From the NCBI RefSeq assembly GCF_913774845.1, contig NZ_CAJYJO010000055.1: a DNA stretch of 64,000 nt. One strand, written 5' to 3'. Of the stretch, positions 59,994-64,000 are shown in pieces (the first letter of the stretch is position 1; each line of letters starts with the position of its first letter). The stretch comes from an uncultured Microbacterium sp. GTDB taxonomy: Bacteria > Actinomycetota > Actinomycetes > Actinomycetales > Microbacteriaceae. The position numbers and the translations under genes were made by a program. The notes under the pieces are model-generated. The model made no database searches and was not told the origin of the DNA. It saw only the letters and a list, made by a program, of their open reading frames with translations.

Positions 59994-60638
59994 ATGCGCC
60001 GGCAGAACTTCACCGACGACACGGTCGACTACGCGGCGGTCGGCGCCACCCAGGCGCCCGACCTGATGCAGTACCCGCCGCAGAACTCCCTCCCCGCCGA
60101 AGATGCGTGGCGCATCGGCAGCGGCGAAGACCGCTTCGTCGCGGCCGGGGAGCTCCTGCTGTCGTGGGCGCCCCTGCGCGCGGGCGAGCTGAGCATCACC
60201 GACGTGCGACCGGCCTCGAACGCGGGCTACTCCGGCGTCGGGTTCGACGCCGAGGGCACCCCGGTCGCCCCCAGTCGCCTCGAGGCCGATCAGCGCTTCG
60301 CCGCCGACGGCACCCCGTTCGTCAGCCCGGGCGCGAGCGTGCACCTGCACGGCAAGGTCGACGGCCACCGCGCCGACGCCGAGCTCCGCGTGATCTCGGT
60401 CTTCGAGGAGCCCCGCCGGGTCGGCTTCATCCTCGGCACCGTCGGGCACTCCATCGTCAGCGGTGAGGAGCTGTTCTCCCTCGAGTGGCGCGAGAACGAC
60501 GAGGTCTGGTTCGTCGTCCGCGCGTTCGACCGCCCCACGGCTCCCACGTACCGCCTCTTCCCGGGCCGCGTGCGCCGTCGCCGCCGCGCGCTTTTCACGC
60601 GGTACCTGCGCGCGATCTCGCCGCTGTACTCGTCCTGA
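59994..60638 (+). CDS. DUF1990 family protein
   Basis: DYAAVGAT, IGSGEDRF, GFILGTVGHSIVSGEELF. Confidence 0.75.
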   Translation: MRRQNFTDDTVDYAAVGATQAPDLMQYPPQNSLPAEDAWRIGSGEDRFVAAGELLLSWAPLRAGELSITDVRPASNAGYSGVGFDAEGTPVAPSRLEADQRFAADGTPFVSPGASVHLHGKVDGHRADAELRVISVFEEPRRVGFILGTVGHSIVSGEELFSLEWRENDEVWFVVRAFDRPTAPTYRLFPGRVRRRRRALFTRYLRAISPLYSS

Positions 60639-61855
60639 TGGGCGGACCGCTTCCGCTCGGAGACCCCGCCCCGGCCGACGGCCGTCTCCCCGACGACCTC
60701 GACATCGATCCCGCCGCCGACTTCGGCGTGTATCTGCACGTGCCGTTCTGCCGCGTGCGCTGCGGGTACTGCGACTTCAACACCTACACCGCGAGCGAGC
60801 TGCGCGGCGCCCGGCAGGACGACTTCGCCGACACGCTCGCCGGCGAGGTGCGTCTGGCCGCAGAGGTGATGGATGCCGCCGGCGCCCGGCGGGCGGCATC
60901 CACCGTCTTCTTCGGGGGAGGGACGCCCACCCTCCTCCCGCCCGGCGATCTGGCGCGAATGCTCGACGCGGTGCGCGCGCAGTTCGGGATCGCGGACCGA
61001 GCCGAGGTGACCGTCGAGGCGAACCCCGACACCGTCGACGACACGGTCGCCGGCACGCTCGCCGACGCCGGGGTCACCCGCCTGTCGATCGGCATGCAGT
61101 CGGCCCGGCCGCACGTGCTCGCCGCCCTCGACCGCACGCACGACCCCGCGAACGTCGCCACGGCCGTCGCCGCGGCCCGCCGCGCGGGGCTCGACGTCTC
61201 GGTCGACCTGATCTACGGCGCGCCGGGGGAGTCGCTCGATGACTGGCGTGCGTCTCTCGACGCCGCCGTGGCTCTCGAACCCGACCACATCTCCGCCTAC
61301 GCCCTCATCGTCGAGGACGGCACGAAGCTCGCGCGGCAGATCCGCTCCGGCGCGGTCGCCGAGCCGTCCGACGACCTGCAGGCCGACATGTACGAGCTGG
61401 CCGACGAGCTGCTCGGCGCGGCCGGCTACGACTGGTACGAGGTGTCGAACTGGTCGCGGGGGGTCTCGCACCGCTCGCGCCACAACCTGGCGTACTGGCG
61501 GGGCACGGACTGGTGGGGCTTCGGTCCCGGCGCCCACAGCCACGTCGCGGGTCTGCGCTGGTGGAACGTGAAGCACCCGGCCGCGTACGCGCAGCGTCTG
61601 GTGGCGGGGGAGTCGCCCGCCGCCGCGCGCGAACGTCCGGACGAGACGGCGCGACGCCTCGAATCCGTGCTGCTGCGCAGTCGCATCCGCGAGGGGCTCG
61701 CGGTGTCGGAGATCCTCGGCGAGGGGCGCAGGGCCGTGGCATCCCTCATCGCCGACGGGCTCATCGAGGGCGCGGATGCCGTGCGGGGGCGCATCGTGCT
61801 GACGTTGCGCGGTCGCCTGCTGGCGGATGCCGTGGTGCGGGCGCTCACGGTCTGA
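60638..61855 (+). CDS. hemW: Radical SAM heme chaperone HemW
   Basis: YLHVPFCRVRCGYCDF CxxxCxxC, FFGGGTP, YEVSNW; located between lepA and hrcA. Confidence 0.9.
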   Translation: MGGPLPLGDPAPADGRLPDDLDIDPAADFGVYLHVPFCRVRCGYCDFNTYTASELRGARQDDFADTLAGEVRLAAEVMDAAGARRAASTVFFGGGTPTLLPPGDLARMLDAVRAQFGIADRAEVTVEANPDTVDDTVAGTLADAGVTRLSIGMQSARPHVLAALDRTHDPANVATAVAAARRAGLDVSVDLIYGAPGESLDDWRASLDAAVALEPDHISAYALIVEDGTKLARQIRSGAVAEPSDDLQADMYELADELLGAAGYDWYEVSNWSRGVSHRSRHNLAYWRGTDWWGFGPGAHSHVAGLRWWNVKHPAAYAQRLVAGESPAAARERPDETARRLESVLLRSRIREGLAVSEILGEGRRAVASLIADGLIEGADAVRGRIVLTLRGRLLADAVVRALTV

Positions 61856-61949
61856 CCGCTGTCGTCGGCCCGCGCCGTGGATCCCCGGGCGCCATGACGG
61901 CCGCGGAGGCAGTTCAGGCGTGACACCCGTCCGCGTGCCCCCGGCGCAG

Positions 61950-61971
61950 TGTCGGAGCGATCCCGTAGAAT
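61950..61971 (+). promoter_or_regulatory. RecA-NDp/PafBC-type promoter upstream of hrcA
   Basis: TGTCGGAG-N8-TAGAAT. Confidence 0.6.
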
Positions 61972-61997
61972 TGGCACTCAACTGAGTCGAGTGCCAG
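61971..61997. promoter_or_regulatory. CIRCE operator (HrcA binding site)
   Basis: TTGGCACTC-N9-GAGTGCCAG against the consensus TTAGCACTC-N9-GAGTGCTAA. Confidence 0.92.
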
Positions 61998-62013
61998 GCG
62001 GAAGGAGCAGATC

Positions 62014-63054
62014 ATGGTGTCGGAACGCGGACTCCAGGTGCTCCGCGCGATCGTGCAGGACTACGTCGACACGCGCGAGCCGGTCGGGAGTAAGGCCATC
62101 GTCGAGCGTCATGCCTTCGGGGTGTCGGCCGCGACGATCCGCAACGACATGGCACTGCTCGAAGACGAAGACCTCATCGTCGCGCCTCACACCTCGTCGG
62201 GGCGCGTCCCGACCGACAAGGGCTACCGCGTCTTCGTCGACCACCTGGCCGAACTGCGACCGCTCTCCGGTGCGCAGCGCAGCGCCATCACCTCCTTCCT
62301 CGACGAAGCGGGCGACCTCGACGACCTGCTCGCGCGCACGGTGCGCGCGCTCACGCAGCTCACCGGCCAGGTCGCGATCGTGCAGTACCCCTCGTTCGCG
62401 CGCGCCAACCTGTCCCACGTCGAGCTCGTCGCCCTCGGCGGTCCGCGGGTGCTCGTGGTCCTCGTCACCGACACCGGCCGCGTCTCGCAGCGCATCGCGC
62501 TCGTCGTGGCCGAGCCCACCGAGAACGACATCGCGCACCTGCGCGCGCGGGTCGGTTCCCTTCTCGTCGGACGCAGCGTCGCCGACTGCGTGCAGCAGGT
62601 GACCACGACGCTCGCCGACGGCCCCCGCCCCGGCAACACCCTCGACGCCATCGCCGACGCCGTCCTCCGCGTCGTCGGGGAGGAGCTCGAGGAGTTCCGC
62701 CAAGACCGTCTGGTCATGGCCGGCGCGGCGACGCTCGCGAAGCGCGAGTCGGACTTCCGCGGCAGCATCTACCCGCTCCTCGAGGCCATCGAAGAGCAGG
62801 TGACGCTGCTGCGGCTGATGAGCGAGATGGTCGCCGATGAGCAGGGACTGTCGGCGAGCATCGGTCGCGAGAACGAACCGTTCGGCCTCGTCGAGGCATC
62901 CGTCCTGGCGAGCCGGTACAAGGGCTCGGCCGGCGGCGCCCGGGTGGGCCTGCTCGGCCCGACCCGCATGGACTACTCCTCCAACCTCGCGGCGGTCCGC
63001 GCCGTCGCGCACTATCTGACCCGGATGCTCGAAGACGACGACAGCGCGCGCTGA
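62014..63054 (+). CDS. hrcA: Heat-inducible transcription repressor HrcA
   Basis: [31 protein letters not shown] and GPTRMDY. Confidence 0.97.
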   Translation: MVSERGLQVLRAIVQDYVDTREPVGSKAIVERHAFGVSAATIRNDMALLEDEDLIVAPHTSSGRVPTDKGYRVFVDHLAELRPLSGAQRSAITSFLDEAGDLDDLLARTVRALTQLTGQVAIVQYPSFARANLSHVELVALGGPRVLVVLVTDTGRVSQRIALVVAEPTENDIAHLRARVGSLLVGRSVADCVQQVTTTLADGPRPGNTLDAIADAVLRVVGEELEEFRQDRLVMAGAATLAKRESDFRGSIYPLLEAIEEQVTLLRLMSEMVADEQGLSASIGRENEPFGLVEASVLASRYKGSAGGARVGLLGPTRMDYSSNLAAVRAVAHYLTRMLEDDDSAR

Positions 63055-63104
63055 CGAGCTCCCTCCCCGAGAACGACCCCGCGACAGCGGGCAGGAAGGC
63101 GATT

Positions 63105-64000
63105 GTGGCTGACCACTACGAGGTCCTGGGCGTCGAGCGCGACGCCAGCCCCGAAGACATCAAGAAGGCGTACCGCCGCCTTGCGCGTCAACTGCACCCG
63201 GATGTCAACCCGGGTGAGGACGCCTCCGAGCGCTTCAAGCTGGTGACCCACGCCTACGACGTGCTGAGCGACCCCGAGCAGCGTCGTCGCTACGACATGG
63301 GCGGCGACCAGAGCCCGTTCGGCGGCGGGGGAGCGGGCGGCTTCGGCGGCTTCAGCGACATCTTCGAGACGTTCTTCGGGGGCGCGCAGGGCGGCGGCGG
63401 CGGACGCGGGCCCCGGCCTCGCTCACGTCGCGAGCGGGGGCAGGACGCCCTCGTGCGCGTCACTCTGCAGCTCGGTGACGTCGTCTTCGGCACCCACCGC
63501 GACCTCGAGGTCGACACCGCCGTGCTGTGCGAGACGTGTCAGGGCGCCTGCACGCAGCCGGGCACCAGCGAGGTCACGTGCGACATCTGCCACGGCTCCG
63601 GTCACGTGCAGCGCACGGTCCGCAGCCTTCTCGGCAACGTCGTGACGAGCGCGCCGTGCACGGTGTGCCAGGGGCACGGCACGACCATCCCCTATCCCTG
63701 CGGCACCTGCCAGGGCCAGGGTCGCGTGCGCGCCCGCCGCACCGTCTCGGTCGACATCCCCGCCGGCGTCGAGTCGGGACTGCGCCTGCAGCTGCCCGGA
63801 TCGGGCGAGGTCGGACCCGCGGGCGGACCCAACGGCGACCTGTACCTCGAGATCACCGTCGAGGCGCACGACGCCTTCAGCCGCGAGGGCGACGACCTCG
63901 TCGCGACCCTCGAGGTCTCGATGCCGGATGCCATCCTGGGTGCCAACACCACGATCGAGTCCCTCGACGGCAGCGTCGACCTCGAGGTGCGCCCGGGCGT
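63105..64000 (+). CDS. dnaJ: Chaperone DnaJ; runs off the right window edge
   Basis: [11 protein letters not shown] motif, G/F-rich region and four CxxCxGxG repeats; GTG start at 63105. Confidence 0.96.
   Translation, partial: MADHYEVLGVERDASPEDIKKAYRRLARQLHPDVNPGEDASERFKLVTHAYDVLSDPEQRRRYDMGGDQSPFGGGGAGGFGGFSDIFETFFGGAQGGGGGRGPRPRSRRERGQDALVRVTLQLGDVVFGTHRDLEVDTAVLCETCQGACTQPGTSEVTCDICHGSGHVQRTVRSLLGNVVTSAPCTVCQGHGTTIPYPCGTCQGQGRVRARRTVSVDIPAGVESGLRLQLPGSGEVGPAGGPNGDLYLEITVEAHDAFSREGDDLVATLEVSMPDAILGANTTIESLDGSVDLEVRPG

Overview
A window of about 70% GC from an actinobacterial chromosome; gene order and protein sequences resemble Microbacteriaceae (probably Microbacterium, by inference). 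Most of it is core genome: tRNA-Gly, tRNA-Pro, tig, clpP1, clpP2, clpX, dcp, valS, a peptide-type ABC transporter, T-box-ileS-folC-ndk, rne, rplU-rpmA-obgE-proBA-nadD-rsfS, a two-component system with an orphan TAXI protein and an MFS permease, tRNA-Ala, SRAP, leuS, comEA-comEC-holA, rpsT, lepA-hemW-hrcA-dnaJ. I found no transposase, integrase, prophage or CRISPR array. Main unexplained signals: (1) the heptamer GGATGCC/GGCATCC occurs about 105-110 times by manual tally, against about 15 expected. It sits in coding sequence and in inverted pairs forming intergenic hairpins, as uptake sequences or HIP1 do. (2) A 25-nt palindrome family with covarying stems and a conserved loop lies between genes, in the ileS T-box leader, and in frame within IleS and LepA. 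(3) A five-gene type VII secretion-type substrate cassette between vkor and rne encodes WXG100-like proteins, a lipoprotein and a lipase-fold effector, with a low-GC distal half. (4) RecA-independent (PafBC-type) promoter motifs precede SRAP, holA and hrcA. (5) comEC has no stop codon before holA. All counts and GC values are by eye and need computational confirmation.
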